From a virus: a stretch of 64,000 nt of DNA. Position 1 is the stretch's first letter; each line of letters opens with the position of its first letter. The position numbers were made by a program, and so were the translations under genes. Where the stretch lies: IMG/VR virus record IMGVR_UViG_3300046047_000262. One strand, written 5' to 3'. Below are positions 36,268 to 46,738 of this stretch, piece by piece. The notes under the pieces were generated by a model that was given only the letters and a program-made list of their open reading frames with translations, searched no databases and had not been told where the DNA came from.

Positions 36268-38691
36268 TCACGATACCAGACTGATGCCCATAGCCGGCGC
36301 GAACTTTCCTGTACGCTTGGTTGCTGGCGGGGGTGCTATGATCTTACCGTTCTGTATGACAGCCCCATCAACAATGGCATCAGTGATTTCATCATTACCG
36401 ATAATCGTATGGCATTGAGTACCAGTACCACCACGTGATTGCACGGTGATGTCACTGACAGGGGTGGTCTTCACACTATGCTTACTGATAGTGATCAGGT
36501 TATCCGACTTCTTCCGTGCCACCGTGACCTTGACCACGGTATCATCACCCTTGAGCTTCATACCTGCGATACCGTTAGAACCTAATCCCGTAGGCTTGAT
36601 ATCATGCGGGTCGAACCTGAGTGTCTTGCCTTGGGCGGTCACCAGAATGACCGTCGCATCCGCCGGCATGTTCTCAGTGTTGACGGCACCGATGATACGA
36701 TCATCGTCATCAAGGTTGATGAACTGCTTATCAGTCCAGTTATCCCTGAACTCGTACTTGTACTTCCTGACCTTACCATTCCTAGTGAATAGCATGACTT
36801 CGGAAGCATCAGGCATCAATGTTACCAATGATACTTTCTTCGGTAACACTCCTAATGATTGGGCGTTCATGGGCTTGCCCTCAACAAGATACTGCATTGG
36901 CAATGAGTACGCAATGCCGTCATCAGCCATCATGAGCACTCGACCCTTACTGGATGATTGCATCGTGGACGTGTAGGGTTGCCTTGCCCTGGAACCGATC
37001 TTGCTGTCAGATGCACTCTTAGGTTGAGTATCACTGAGCAGTATCTTACCATTCGCAAGAATCGTCACATTGGATTTTATATCCTTATCGGCTTTCCGGA
37101 TGGACTTTCCTTCGCGTTTCATGATGGCATTGACTTCATCCACAGTCATGGATGACACTTCGGTATACCTCTTATCACCGATGATTTTCTCCTCATTGGC
37201 GAGTTCCCCGTCAAGAACCTCGATAAGGGTGTCCTTATCATGAAGGATCTTATTAAGACCATCAATGTCTTCCTGTAACTGCTTCTTTTCCGATTTCAAT
37301 GCGATACCATCTTGTTTCGTCAGTCGTTTCAATGGCATGGCAAGAATGTAATCAGCTTGTTCGGCAGTGATGTGGAACGCTTTGCGTAGCTTGTCCGCAG
37401 CTGTAGTAGAGTTCTCCGAATGCCTGACAATGCTAATGACCTTATCAATGTCCACTAGCACGGTGATGATACCATCAATCATGCTCATTCTGGTCATCTT
37501 CGTATTGATAGCGTTGTTGCTTCTCAGGATGATGCCATGCTCCCTAAGCATCAGGAAGTTCTTCACCAGTTCCCTGACACCCAGTACCACTGGTCTACCG
37601 CCGACGACAACGGTATTCAGCACGTGATACGATAATTGGAGTTTCGTGGCCGTCTTCTTGAATAATCCTGCGGCTACGGCTTCAGGGTTACCGTCACGTT
37701 TCACGTTGACCAGTAATCGCACATCATGCTTGTTCTTCTGACCAGTGTAATCATTGATATCAGATATGTACTTGCAGGATGGATCACCGTTACGAATAAG
37801 TTCACGAACCTTGTCCACAACGGTTCGCGTGGACACATCGGGTGGCAGCTCATAGAAGATGATCTTCGACTTACCTCGTTCACCATACTCAATGGTGTAT
37901 TTCGATCTGATGGTGAATGAGCCTTTACCAGTCTCATAGTATTCCTTGATGCCACTGGTACCCAGAATGATGCCACCAGTCCAGAAATCGGGTCCTGGCA
38001 TGGCTTTCATCACCTCGTTGATACTGGCATCAGGTTTTTTCAGTAACAGTCGGCAGAGTTTCAATGCTTCCGTAGGATTATGTGATGGCATTGACGCTGA
38101 GTATCCTACGGCGATGCCAGTGCTGTTACCATTGATCAGAGCTACAGGCCATCTTGTGGGTAGGATCTTGGGTTCCAACAGTTTGCCGTCGAAGTTCTTC
38201 ACCATTTCTGTTGAACCATTGCGTGTATCCTCAAGAAGCTCCATGGCCGCTTGAGTAAGTTTGGTTTCAATGTATCTTCCTGCAGCAGGTTTATCACCTG
38301 GGTGCGGTCCGAAGTTACCTTTGCTTCCATCAACCAGTGGTACTCGTAATGAGTATGGTTGTGCCATACGTGCGATGGTATCACCGTCAACTGCGTGCGG
38401 GTGGTAACGCATGACGTTACCTGCTATTCTACCTACCTTCATATTGCCTTTATTAGGTAATACGCCGTCCTCGAACATCGTCCAGATGATGCGGCGGTGG
38501 ACTGGTTCCAGCCCGTCATCACCGTCAACCAGTGCCCTGCCCCTGATGACTGACAGAGCGTAAATGAGATAGGTTTCCTTATTGAACTGGGATAAGTCTA
38601 CATCAATGATCTCTTTCGCATTATCCTTGAAATCCTGCGGTGTGAGATCCGACCCGAAATCATCTGCGGCCGCTTTCTTCTTTCTTGCCAT
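36268..38691 (-). CDS. gyrA: Type IIA topoisomerase subunit A (GyrA/ParC)
   Basis: DGLEPVHRRI, YHPH, AAGRYIE catalytic Tyr, GPDF.TGG, C-terminal pinwheel repeats. Confidence 0.9.
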   Translation of the reverse strand: MARKKKAAADDFGSDLTPQDFKDNAKEIIDVDLSQFNKETYLIYALSVIRGRALVDGDDGLEPVHRRIIWTMFEDGVLPNKGNMKVGRIAGNVMRYHPHAVDGDTIARMAQPYSLRVPLVDGSKGNFGPHPGDKPAAGRYIETKLTQAAMELLEDTRNGSTEMVKNFDGKLLEPKILPTRWPVALINGNSTGIAVGYSASMPSHNPTEALKLCRLLLKKPDASINEVMKAMPGPDFWTGGIILGTSGIKEYYETGKGSFTIRSKYTIEYGERGKSKIIFYELPPDVSTRTVVDKVRELIRNGDPSCKYISDINDYTGQKNKHDVRLLVNVKRDGNPEAVAAGLFKKTATKLQLSYHVLNTVVVGGRPVVLGVRELVKNFLMLREHGIILRSNNAINTKMTRMSMIDGIITVLVDIDKVISIVRHSENSTTAADKLRKAFHITAEQADYILAMPLKRLTKQDGIALKSEKKQLQEDIDGLNKILHDKDTLIEVLDGELANEEKIIGDKRYTEVSSMTVDEVNAIMKREGKSIRKADKDIKSNVTILANGKILLSDTQPKSASDSKIGSRARQPYTSTMQSSSKGRVLMMADDGIAYSLPMQYLVEGKPMNAQSLGVLPKKVSLVTLMPDASEVMLFTRNGKVRKYKYEFRDNWTDKQFINLDDDDRIIGAVNTENMPADATVILVTAQGKTLRFDPHDIKPTGLGSNGIAGMKLKGDDTVVKVTVARKKSDNLITISKHSVKTTPVSDITVQSRGGTGTQCHTIIGNDEITDAIVDGAVIQNGKIIAPPPATKRTGKFAPAMGISLVS

Positions 38692-38784
38692 GTATACCTT
38701 TCCTTACCCTTACATACGATTACAAGGCACAACCCATAAGGTGCGCCTTGTATCATTATACCGTTATCTATGTGTTTTCACCGT

Positions 38785-39471
38785 TTACCTACGGCCACCA
38801 CCGCCTAGAAGCTGAAGTATATCAAGGAAGATGTTCACAAAGTCAAGATACAATGATAATGCTATGAACGTTGAATAATTCGTGACATCCAATGATGAGC
38901 TTGAATCCTGTAGGGTCTTCACCATCTTAGCATCCTTGACCGTGACAATGGAGAACAATACCAAGGATATAGCTGACATAATCATCCACGGGATAGGTAC
39001 CTTGAATAACAGCATGGCGACTTCGACGACAATGAGAACAAGGATTCCAGCCGTGGCGATAACCGATATCTTCGTCAGATCGGCTTTTATCGTGAATCCA
39101 ATGATGGTCAGCACGGCGAAGAACAACACTGATGTCAGGAACGCCATGGTTATGGCCATTGTCGAGTACTGGGTGAACACGCTTGCTAACAGGAATCCGA
39201 AGAACGCCGCTTCACCATAGAGCACACAATTCATGGCGGTATGCGAGATAGTCTGTATGCGTTTACCTACCCATATGTTCACTGCTATCATCGCGAACAT
39301 CCCAACAAGAGCAGGGATGATGCCCATGTAGAATCCTATATAATTGGCAATGAAAGCCAGTACCGCCGATAGTGCTACTGCTGATCCTGCTTTCATGAAA
39401 GTCCTACGGATGATACTGTTATCATCCACGTTATTGATTGTTGCCTGGTACGTTGTACTCATTATTAACAC
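38785..39471 (-). CDS. Bax inhibitor-1/YccA family membrane protein
   Basis: Seven TM segments; ALSLYLDFVNIFL. Confidence 0.9.
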   Translation of the reverse strand: MLIMSTTYQATINNVDDNSIIRRTFMKAGSAVALSAVLAFIANYIGFYMGIIPALVGMFAMIAVNIWVGKRIQTISHTAMNCVLYGEAAFFGFLLASVFTQYSTMAITMAFLTSVLFFAVLTIIGFTIKADLTKISVIATAGILVLIVVEVAMLLFKVPIPWMIMSAISLVLFSIVTVKDAKMVKTLQDSSSSLDVTNYSTFIALSLYLDFVNIFLDILQLLGGGGRR

Positions 39472-39474
39472 TTC

Positions 39475-39927
39475 CTACTCATTGATGTACTGGGATATCT
39501 TATCTTTCGTATCATTAGTAATATCGTAATCATGATGAAGATTGATCGTAGTAATACCCGATATGGTTTTCACTGATTCCACTGACCAATTGGAAGGGTC
39601 AATAACCATCTTACCATCGTTGGTCAGAATAGTGGCGTTAGTTACATCGAATCCCTTGGCGTTAAGTATGTTCAAAGCATTCGACCATTTCTGACCAGTG
39701 ATAGCGTTGATGATGTCAGCACTCATCTTCCTGTCAGGTGTTTCCGTTGCAGTGCTATGCGTTGATGGTGCTGCACCTTCGGAAACGCTGGGTGACGGGT
39801 TCTTGTCATCGTTTGTCATCTTAAGATTGTTTGATGACATACCAGCGAACCCAAGAATAATGATAGTGATCACCGCCGAGATGACACATGCAGTGACGAT
39901 CATTCTCTTATTGATTAACTCGTTCAT
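39475..39927 (-). CDS. Secreted or membrane protein (PASTA-like C-terminus)
   Basis: Signal/TM segment; ITGQ..A..IL..KGF..DPSNWSV. Confidence 0.5.
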   Translation of the reverse strand: MNELINKRMIVTACVISAVITIIILGFAGMSSNNLKMTNDDKNPSPSVSEGAAPSTHSTATETPDRKMSADIINAITGQKWSNALNILNAKGFDVTNATILTNDGKMVIDPSNWSVESVKTISGITTINLHHDYDITNDTKDKISQYINE

Positions 39928-40625
39928 TATGACTCCTTCTGCTGCATGATGGTATTAGCGATGGCGGTTCCCTGATCATCCGCATGATTGTCGTTCAGGT
40001 AATCCATTCCAGCCTGAGCATCAAGAACTGCTTTCACGTTCAGATCCTTGGATTCATCGATGATACTTTGTTTGAACTTGCTGAGTGAGGCACTGATGTT
40101 ATCAATACTGCTTGCATCGGGATACAAGTCCGGACGATTACTATAATCCGATCTGATCTTCATGAGTGATGCTGCGGTAAGGAACTTGGAATTGAACTCC
40201 TCGCGGATCGGTTCCAAGGGCACTCCCCTGAGAGTGGCGAGTTGTTCGAGATCATTATAAGCATTGATGATCTCTATGGCATCGGGATCGGTTGATGCCA
40301 ATGGTGCCAGAATGTCTATAGGTGATCCTTTGCCTGTATCATATGTGGCTTGTTCGGCATCGTCCTGTTGTGATTGCGCTTCGGCTTTGGCCTTATTGAT
40401 TGCGGCTTGTTCCTTGGCTTTACGTTTCTTGTACGCGGATGATGCCATGAGAATACCGAATACGATGGAGAACACCGCGGCGAACGTCAATGCGAACACT
40501 GCCAACCATGATAGCAATGATCCGACTACACTGATGATCACCAGTATGCCGATGGTCTTCAAGATCCAATGGTTGCTCATGCTTCTCCTCTTTCTATGTG
40601 ACATATACAATACCAATATTATCAA
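39927..40625 (-). CDS. Membrane protein
   Basis: Two N-terminal TM helices and a helical C-terminus; likely start MSNHW. Confidence 0.6.
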   Translation of the reverse strand: MIILVLYMSHRKRRSMSNHWILKTIGILVIISVVGSLLSWLAVFALTFAAVFSIVFGILMASSAYKKRKAKEQAAINKAKAEAQSQQDDAEQATYDTGKGSPIDILAPLASTDPDAIEIINAYNDLEQLATLRGVPLEPIREEFNSKFLTAASLMKIRSDYSNRPDLYPDASSIDNISASLSKFKQSIIDESKDLNVKAVLDAQAGMDYLNDNHADDQGTAIANTIMQQKES

Positions 40626-40658
40626 ATATCCGAGTACAAAGCAAGTGATGTTTCAATG

Positions 40659-41498
40659 TCAACAATAATACTCATTACCATCGTATTCCTGTGCCTTGCC
40701 TACCGCATCGGGGATGACCCACTCAGGTGGTAGATCGGGGTCGTTCTTGGCATCCTCCAAAGCATCGAATATCCTGTACATGATGTCATCCGACAGCAAG
40801 TGCAGGAACAATGCGTTCTTCAGATCCTGTCCTTGCATCTCACCCTCATTGAACTGGGCTCTGATGTAACGATCAAGGTAACTGATGATCTTGATCGTCA
40901 GGGGTAGCTGTTTGTAATCATACATCTTAGCCAGCATGCTTGCCGACACGTTGCGCCATAATAACTGTGCTTCCTCATCCCATAATTGACTGTCAAGGAA
41001 CTCTATGGCATTATGCTTCTCGTTATCGCTCATCCCAGGGCGCCTAGTAATGAGATCGGTCAGGATACCCTCTAAGGATTCGACAACCTCAGCTACAACG
41101 CTGACGGCATCAATGTCAGCAGCATGTATACCAAGACTATCAGCGATTTTAATGATGTTCTTATTACTGAGATCATCCATTCTGAATGGTCGACGTTTCT
41201 TGTTCTCGTATAACCATGGCGTACGTTTCATGGATGTTATCTTGGTTTCAATGAGATCAGTGATGATATCACTGAAAACCGCATGGGTTTCTATTCTGTA
41301 TTCCTCCTGAAGGTAACTATCAGCGAACGCTGGACCATTGTATCGTATACTGAAAATGAATTCAAGGGTCTCCCTGTCCAACCATATGGGGAAGCCGATA
41401 TCAGCATCCCTATCGAAATAGCTGTTATCGGCTTTCTTTACTGGTCTGATCTTTGATTCATCATCGATACCATTCGTCACAAGCGTGCTTTCTCTCAT
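40659..41498 (-). CDS. Hypothetical protein
   Basis: 279-aa ORF. Confidence 0.65.
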   Translation of the reverse strand: MRESTLVTNGIDDESKIRPVKKADNSYFDRDADIGFPIWLDRETLEFIFSIRYNGPAFADSYLQEEYRIETHAVFSDIITDLIETKITSMKRTPWLYENKKRRPFRMDDLSNKNIIKIADSLGIHAADIDAVSVVAEVVESLEGILTDLITRRPGMSDNEKHNAIEFLDSQLWDEEAQLLWRNVSASMLAKMYDYKQLPLTIKIISYLDRYIRAQFNEGEMQGQDLKNALFLHLLSDDIMYRIFDALEDAKNDPDLPPEWVIPDAVGKAQEYDGNEYYC

Positions 41499-41530
41499 TA
41501 CCCAATCAAGTGATCACCATTAAGGTATAT

Positions 41531-42397
41531 TCAGCTTCCTAGGAATACACCTGCGAGCAACGCGATGATACTCAAGAATGTCACTGATGCTGCTGCTATC
41601 GTGGTGAATCGGATTTCCTGCCTCTTACCCATCTCATATTTCCAACGTTCATCATCTGATAGACCACTGACGTATGCGAATTCTTCGGGATCACCAATAG
41701 GCTCGTAATCGGTCTTAGAATCAATCCACTCAGTGAAGACCTCCTTCTCAGTCTTCCCGTCATCATTCACAGGCTCCTGATCGTGTGTGGTTTCATTACC
41801 GCTGGCTGGCACTGATGCTTCGGTGGATTCGATCGCACGGGCCTCACTAGTCTTCTTGACGGCTTCGGCCAGTGATGCTGCCGGATTGTCAACAATGATG
41901 TGGATACCATTGGTCTCATCGAGTTTCAAGGTTACGTCCACTGGACCATTATGTACTGTTAACAGGTTGTCATTGAACCTCTTATGAATCTCTTTGACCA
42001 CTAATGTGGATCGCCTTTTAGATAAGGTGGTATCATCCTCATCATAATGGGCGATGCCAGTAGTGTCATCAAGATGAAGCATCGCACCCTGATCATTGAC
42101 AATGGCATCGTTGATCAAAGTATCAACAAAACCTTTCGCTGTCCAAGTCGCGGTCTTCTTCTCAGTTATGGATGGTGCTGGATCCTTCTTGTTGACAGTT
42201 GTCTTCGTGTTGGTAGCAGTTGGTTTCACTGTTTTCGCTGATTCGTTGAATTGTCGATCCCTGCGGACAGTAGCTGGGCTTACATGAAGCTTAGCAGCAA
42301 TATCCTTGTCGTTCAATCCTTCAGTGACGTATTTTCTGACTGATTCACGGCGGTCATCACGATCCTGTTTTTGGGTGTTCTTTACTGTATCTGTCAT
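41531..42397 (-). CDS. HTH protein with C-terminal membrane anchor
   Basis: GLNDKDIAAKLHVSPATVRRD; C-terminal TM helix. Confidence 0.65.
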   Translation of the reverse strand: MTDTVKNTQKQDRDDRRESVRKYVTEGLNDKDIAAKLHVSPATVRRDRQFNESAKTVKPTATNTKTTVNKKDPAPSITEKKTATWTAKGFVDTLINDAIVNDQGAMLHLDDTTGIAHYDEDDTTLSKRRSTLVVKEIHKRFNDNLLTVHNGPVDVTLKLDETNGIHIIVDNPAASLAEAVKKTSEARAIESTEASVPASGNETTHDQEPVNDDGKTEKEVFTEWIDSKTDYEPIGDPEEFAYVSGLSDDERWKYEMGKRQEIRFTTIAAASVTFLSIIALLAGVFLGS

Positions 42398-42417
42398 ATT
42401 CGTTTACCTTTCTGCGA

Positions 42418-42969
42418 TCAAGCTAGGAATTCCTCTACGAATTGTAGAAGTTCCTTATAATCATTGATTCGTGTCTGTAAGTCGTGAATCTTACCAGCTT
42501 CCTCGTAAGCTTCCTTTGAAGCTGGGAATTCAGTGGTGCCTCCTGTTACTGCTCTGGCGGCATCAGGGTCAGCGATGGCGGCAAGTTCCCAATGTGCACG
42601 CCGCTTGTCACGGGATTCGGAACCGAGTGCTATACCTGCTTTGAAATCGTCGGCTTCAAGAAGTGCTTCCTCTTTATCCAGTGTTTCCAATGCCGAGTTC
42701 AGTGCGGTACCGCTTAATAGCTTGGCAATGAACTTGTAATCATCATCATCAACGCTTTTGGTAAGGAATCTGGCTATACCAAGAACCCTGGTATCCGATT
42801 CATCGTCAAGCTTACGTTTCCAATCCAGTACTTCTTCAACCTGTTTCGGTGTGATATTGGAAGGTCTCCTATTCCTATTAGGACTCTTCTTCGGTCTTGG
42901 CTTGCTTTCAGTTGGCTTGACCTGCTGGGATTCCTCTGAGAATGGGTTGAGATTGTTCTCATCCGACAT
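42418..42969 (-). CDS. Hypothetical protein
   Basis: 183-aa ORF with SD AAGGAG. Confidence 0.65.
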   Translation of the reverse strand: MSDENNLNPFSEESQQVKPTESKPRPKKSPNRNRRPSNITPKQVEEVLDWKRKLDDESDTRVLGIARFLTKSVDDDDYKFIAKLLSGTALNSALETLDKEEALLEADDFKAGIALGSESRDKRRAHWELAAIADPDAARAVTGGTTEFPASKEAYEEAGKIHDLQTRINDYKELLQFVEEFLA

Positions 42970-43034
42970 GTTTACGCTCCTTTGACTACTGGTGTTACCA
43001 TTATGCGATCATAATAGCAATATCATCATTAGCA

Positions 43035-43376
43035 CTATATCGTGGAACGTATTGATTGTACGATATCATGGTGAATAGTGTTCATGGTGACCACATTGCT
43101 TCCAGTCATGATGAACATGTCATGTACCGTTGTATTCGCTATCTGATTGAGCTTGTCAATGACATCCTGTTTCCTATAGGTACATGGAATATGGTATTGC
43201 CTGTGATTACAGGATGGTTCCAGATTGTTCTCATGGTGATCGACACTTACGTAGACGGTGCCCATGACGATACCTTGAACCTGGGTTTTGGAATCGTCAG
43301 CGGAGGTTATGATGGTTGCTATGTTCTGATGATTATCAGCGTAATCAACCAATGTATCTTCAATCATGGTTCGCAT
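43035..43376 (-). CDS. Hypothetical protein
   Basis: 113-aa ORF. Confidence 0.5.
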   Translation of the reverse strand: MRTMIEDTLVDYADNHQNIATIITSADDSKTQVQGIVMGTVYVSVDHHENNLEPSCNHRQYHIPCTYRKQDVIDKLNQIANTTVHDMFIMTGSNVVTMNTIHHDIVQSIRSTI

Positions 43377-43639
43377 CTCGTTTCCTATCCTTATCCTTGT
43401 TTTTTCTTACTATTATTATAACAAAATGCATGGATAAACACGCATTAGAATCGTTGTTATTCCAACGATTATAAGGTTTTTTTACAGGACATTTATGTCC
43501 TGTTATCAGGATCGTTGTAATGGTGATATTCTTCATTCCCATATGTTGTTAGATGATGGAAACTTGATATTATAGTAGTGATGATTGAAGCCCATTTCGG
43601 TGGGCTTCAACTCACTGCACTGAGAAGAAAAGGAGTATT

Positions 43640-43861
43640 ATGGTTACTGTATACAGTAAGGAAAATTGTCAGCGTTGCAAGGCGACGAAACGTAAGTTGA
43701 ATGCTATGCATATTGATTATCGTGAAGTGGATGTCGAGGCGGTGCCGGCTGAGCGTGATAGGTTGCTTGGCATGGGGTTCAGGGAGATGCCCGTGGTTGA
43801 TGCGGATGGTGACATGTGGTCAGGGTACAGGGTTGACAGGTTGGCTTCATTGTCAGCATGA
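43640..43861 (+). CDS. nrdH: Glutaredoxin-like protein NrdH
   Basis: VTVYSK..CQRC.AT...PVV...WSGYR. Confidence 0.9.
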   Translation: MVTVYSKENCQRCKATKRKLNAMHIDYREVDVEAVPAERDRLLGMGFREMPVVDADGDMWSGYRVDRLASLSA

Positions 43862-43930
43862 TGTCATTCTTGTAAACGAATAGTAATGGGGGGCGGTGAT
43901 GATCACCGCCCCCTTATTGTATGCCCGTGA

Positions 43931-45229
43931 TTACTTCAATGGTAATGAGTAATCCGAGTGATCGGGCATTTGTATGTTATCAAGCATCTTCTTCACCCGT
44001 TTATCACGGGCATCACTTGAATTTGATTCCGACATGGCTATGGTTCTTGCAAACGCCTTGTTGATATCCTCATTGTCAAGATGGGAGAGAATCGTCTTCT
44101 TCTTGGCTTTCGTCAGACGCTTCTTGGTCTTGATGCCTTCCTTGATCAGGTTAGAGAATCGCAGTGATTGTTCCTTGATCGAGTTATCAAGCAGTACGCG
44201 AGCGGAACGACCATTAGCGAACGCATCGGTTTCCCTGAGTTGGGCGAACGCATCCTTGAATGCCGTCTCATTATCCTTACTGATAGTGATCTTTCTGGAT
44301 TTCGCTCTGAACTTGACAATGTGTACAAGCTCGTCATCATCGTAATCAGCGAACTCAATCTTTTCCGAGAATCGTGAACGTAACCCCGGATTGGCATCGA
44401 GGAACGCTTCAGTCTCATTGGTGTATCCAGCGGCGATGACCACAAGTCTGTCCCTATTATCCTCCATGAGTTTCAACAAGGTGGAGATAGCTTCGGTACC
44501 GAACGTATCATCATCACCATTTTTCAGCAGGTAGCATTCATCAATGAACAGCACTCCATCCATTGCTGATTTCACCACTTCCTGCACCTTGGTGGCAGTC
44601 TGTCCTACGAACCCAGCGACCAGTCCTGATCTATCGGTTTCCACGAACCTATCGGTTTTCAGAATACCCAGACCTCGCAGAATCTTCGCGTAGATTCTGG
44701 CGACAGTGGTCTTACCTGTTCCAGGACGACCAGTGAAGACAACGTGATAGGAGATCACATTATCCTTTTCATCGGCTTCGTTCACCAATCCGAGTTTCTT
44801 ACGTTCAAGATCGGCTTCGATAGTGGCACGGATAGTGATGATCTCGTTCTTGACATCATCAAGACCTACAAGATCATCAAGTTCCTTCTCCGCTTCCTTA
44901 AGAAGCTTGGCACGTGCCGCCGCATCCTCTTTGGCTTTTTCCTCTGCAGTCTTCTCCTCGGTTTTCTCTTCCTTGGATTCCTGTACCACTACAGTCTTCT
45001 TGGGTACACCCAGCAATGCTTGTGCTATGGTTCCGTTCTCAGCATTATTCTTCTTCAAGCTGGCGTAATCACGTTTCGCTGTATCGAGAATGCTTTCTAC
45101 AGCCGCATCAGGATCATCATCAAGTCCTTTCAACGGTTGATTCGCATTACCAAGAATCCTGTTGAGAACATCTCTTTCATCATCAATATTAAGAGTGTTC
45201 GACAGAAAATCGTCAAGTTCCGAAGTCAT
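43931..45229 (-). CDS. AAA+ ATPase, CbbX/SpoVK family
   Basis: LVGLDDVK, GRPGTGKTTVAR, GVLFIDE.Y.L, VVIAAGY, NPGLRSRF, FANGR. Confidence 0.88.
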   Translation of the reverse strand: MTSELDDFLSNTLNIDDERDVLNRILGNANQPLKGLDDDPDAAVESILDTAKRDYASLKKNNAENGTIAQALLGVPKKTVVVQESKEEKTEEKTAEEKAKEDAAARAKLLKEAEKELDDLVGLDDVKNEIITIRATIEADLERKKLGLVNEADEKDNVISYHVVFTGRPGTGKTTVARIYAKILRGLGILKTDRFVETDRSGLVAGFVGQTATKVQEVVKSAMDGVLFIDECYLLKNGDDDTFGTEAISTLLKLMEDNRDRLVVIAAGYTNETEAFLDANPGLRSRFSEKIEFADYDDDELVHIVKFRAKSRKITISKDNETAFKDAFAQLRETDAFANGRSARVLLDNSIKEQSLRFSNLIKEGIKTKKRLTKAKKKTILSHLDNEDINKAFARTIAMSESNSSDARDKRVKKMLDNIQMPDHSDYSLPLK

Positions 45230-45296
45230 CTGTATAAGTACCTTTCCCTATAAGTTGTTATCATGAATACAAGGATACCATAGTATCATGCATTTG

Positions 45297-46004
45297 TCAT
45301 TTATTAGTAATCTTGAATTCCACAGTGTAGCCCTTATCCTTCACAACTTGCTGTAAAGTATCAAGGAACCCGTGATTCAGGAATCCTTGTGCTTTATTAT
45401 AGGAATCGAATATCAGCTCAATAACGGTATTCGATTGTTTGATCGGTTTCGGGAACGCATTCAACAGGGTATCAGTATCCTTGTTCTTGGATTTCGACAC
45501 TGCAGTAACAATGCTGCGCCATTCCATAATCACCGCATTAGCATCCTGAAGCCCAGCGTCCTTGGCAGTGATGGATTGTTCCTCGTTCAGGTCGAATGGA
45601 AGATCCTCAGGGCTACGCATATCAACAATACTGTCATCATCCTTATCCTGATCAGGATCGTAATCATCCTCATCTTCAGGTTCAGTAGGTGGAATCACCT
45701 CGGGTTCAGGTTTCCGTACCACCGTCGGCGTGGCAGCATTTGATGACTCTTGTTGGCGTTCGGCAAGCATCCGTTTACGAACCGTTTCGAAGACCTTACC
45801 GAGTTTCAACCCTAGTAGCATGCATAATTGGATCAGAACATCATAGGGAAGGGAAGTGCTCATCCATTCCTTGAATTGTGCTGGTGTGACTTCGAATTTA
45901 GCCGCAATATCCTTGGGGCCGATCTTCTTTTCCTTCATCACGTCCATAAGATAACGCATGGTTTCATGATTGGCGTCCGCCGCCATTTTAGAGATTTTAG
46001 CCAT
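45297..46004 (-). CDS. XRE-type HTH protein with acidic linker
   Basis: KDIAAKFEVTPAQFKEW HTH-like N-terminus. Confidence 0.55.
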   Translation of the reverse strand: MAKISKMAADANHETMRYLMDVMKEKKIGPKDIAAKFEVTPAQFKEWMSTSLPYDVLIQLCMLLGLKLGKVFETVRKRMLAERQQESSNAATPTVVRKPEPEVIPPTEPEDEDDYDPDQDKDDDSIVDMRSPEDLPFDLNEEQSITAKDAGLQDANAVIMEWRSIVTAVSKSKNKDTDTLLNAFPKPIKQSNTVIELIFDSYNKAQGFLNHGFLDTLQQVVKDKGYTVEFKITNK

Positions 46005-46007
46005 TGT

Positions 46008-46646
46008 CTACTTTCCTTTTCTTGTTGTACGGTATTCTTTAGGTGCGAGTTTGTCATGACTAGTGTCTTTCCCCCATGGCCATTGATAGCTCCAAGGATT
46101 ATAAGGCACGTACTGGTATGATCCCCGTTCCACACTGGATTCAGGGTCATCAATGATCTCAATGGTCAACAATGCGGATACATGATTGGCTCCATCAATG
46201 ATGACAGCACCATCATTATTCTCATAGATGTCATAATGCTTATCGGTTGGTAGCTTCGTGGATACGAAGTGTTCCATGATCAGCAATGCGTCTCGTTTAT
46301 TATGACCATCGTACACTAGGAATCTGGTGCTTGAACGATCCTTGGGGAACGTCACTCTGATCGCATAATGATTATGGTCAATAACGGGTTGTTCCTTTTT
46401 CACAATGTTACCATCATTCTTATCATCGGTAACATGCGAGTCATCGGATGCATGATCTGGTTCGGGTTCGATGATAGTAACCTTATGAGTATCAGGTTCT
46501 GGTTGATGCTTGATGGCATCCACTGGGTTTCTGGTATCATCAATGGAAGCCACCACGTCATCAGTGAATCCTGATATCGATGATAACAGTTTGCCAACAC
46601 CTCTGCCAGCTTGTCTAGCCAATCGTTCAGCATCTTCTTGTTGCAT
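46008..46646 (-). CDS. Hypothetical protein
   Basis: 212-aa ORF. Confidence 0.6.
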   Translation of the reverse strand: MQQEDAERLARQAGRGVGKLLSSISGFTDDVVASIDDTRNPVDAIKHQPEPDTHKVTIIEPEPDHASDDSHVTDDKNDGNIVKKEQPVIDHNHYAIRVTFPKDRSSTRFLVYDGHNKRDALLIMEHFVSTKLPTDKHYDIYENNDGAVIIDGANHVSALLTIEIIDDPESSVERGSYQYVPYNPWSYQWPWGKDTSHDKLAPKEYRTTRKGK

Positions 46647-46738
46647 AATACCCCCTATACCATCATACCGTAATGTGATAGGAAAAGTATAACAGCAATT
46701 CCCGTATTATGCAAGTGGATGATGTTGTCACATGGGAA

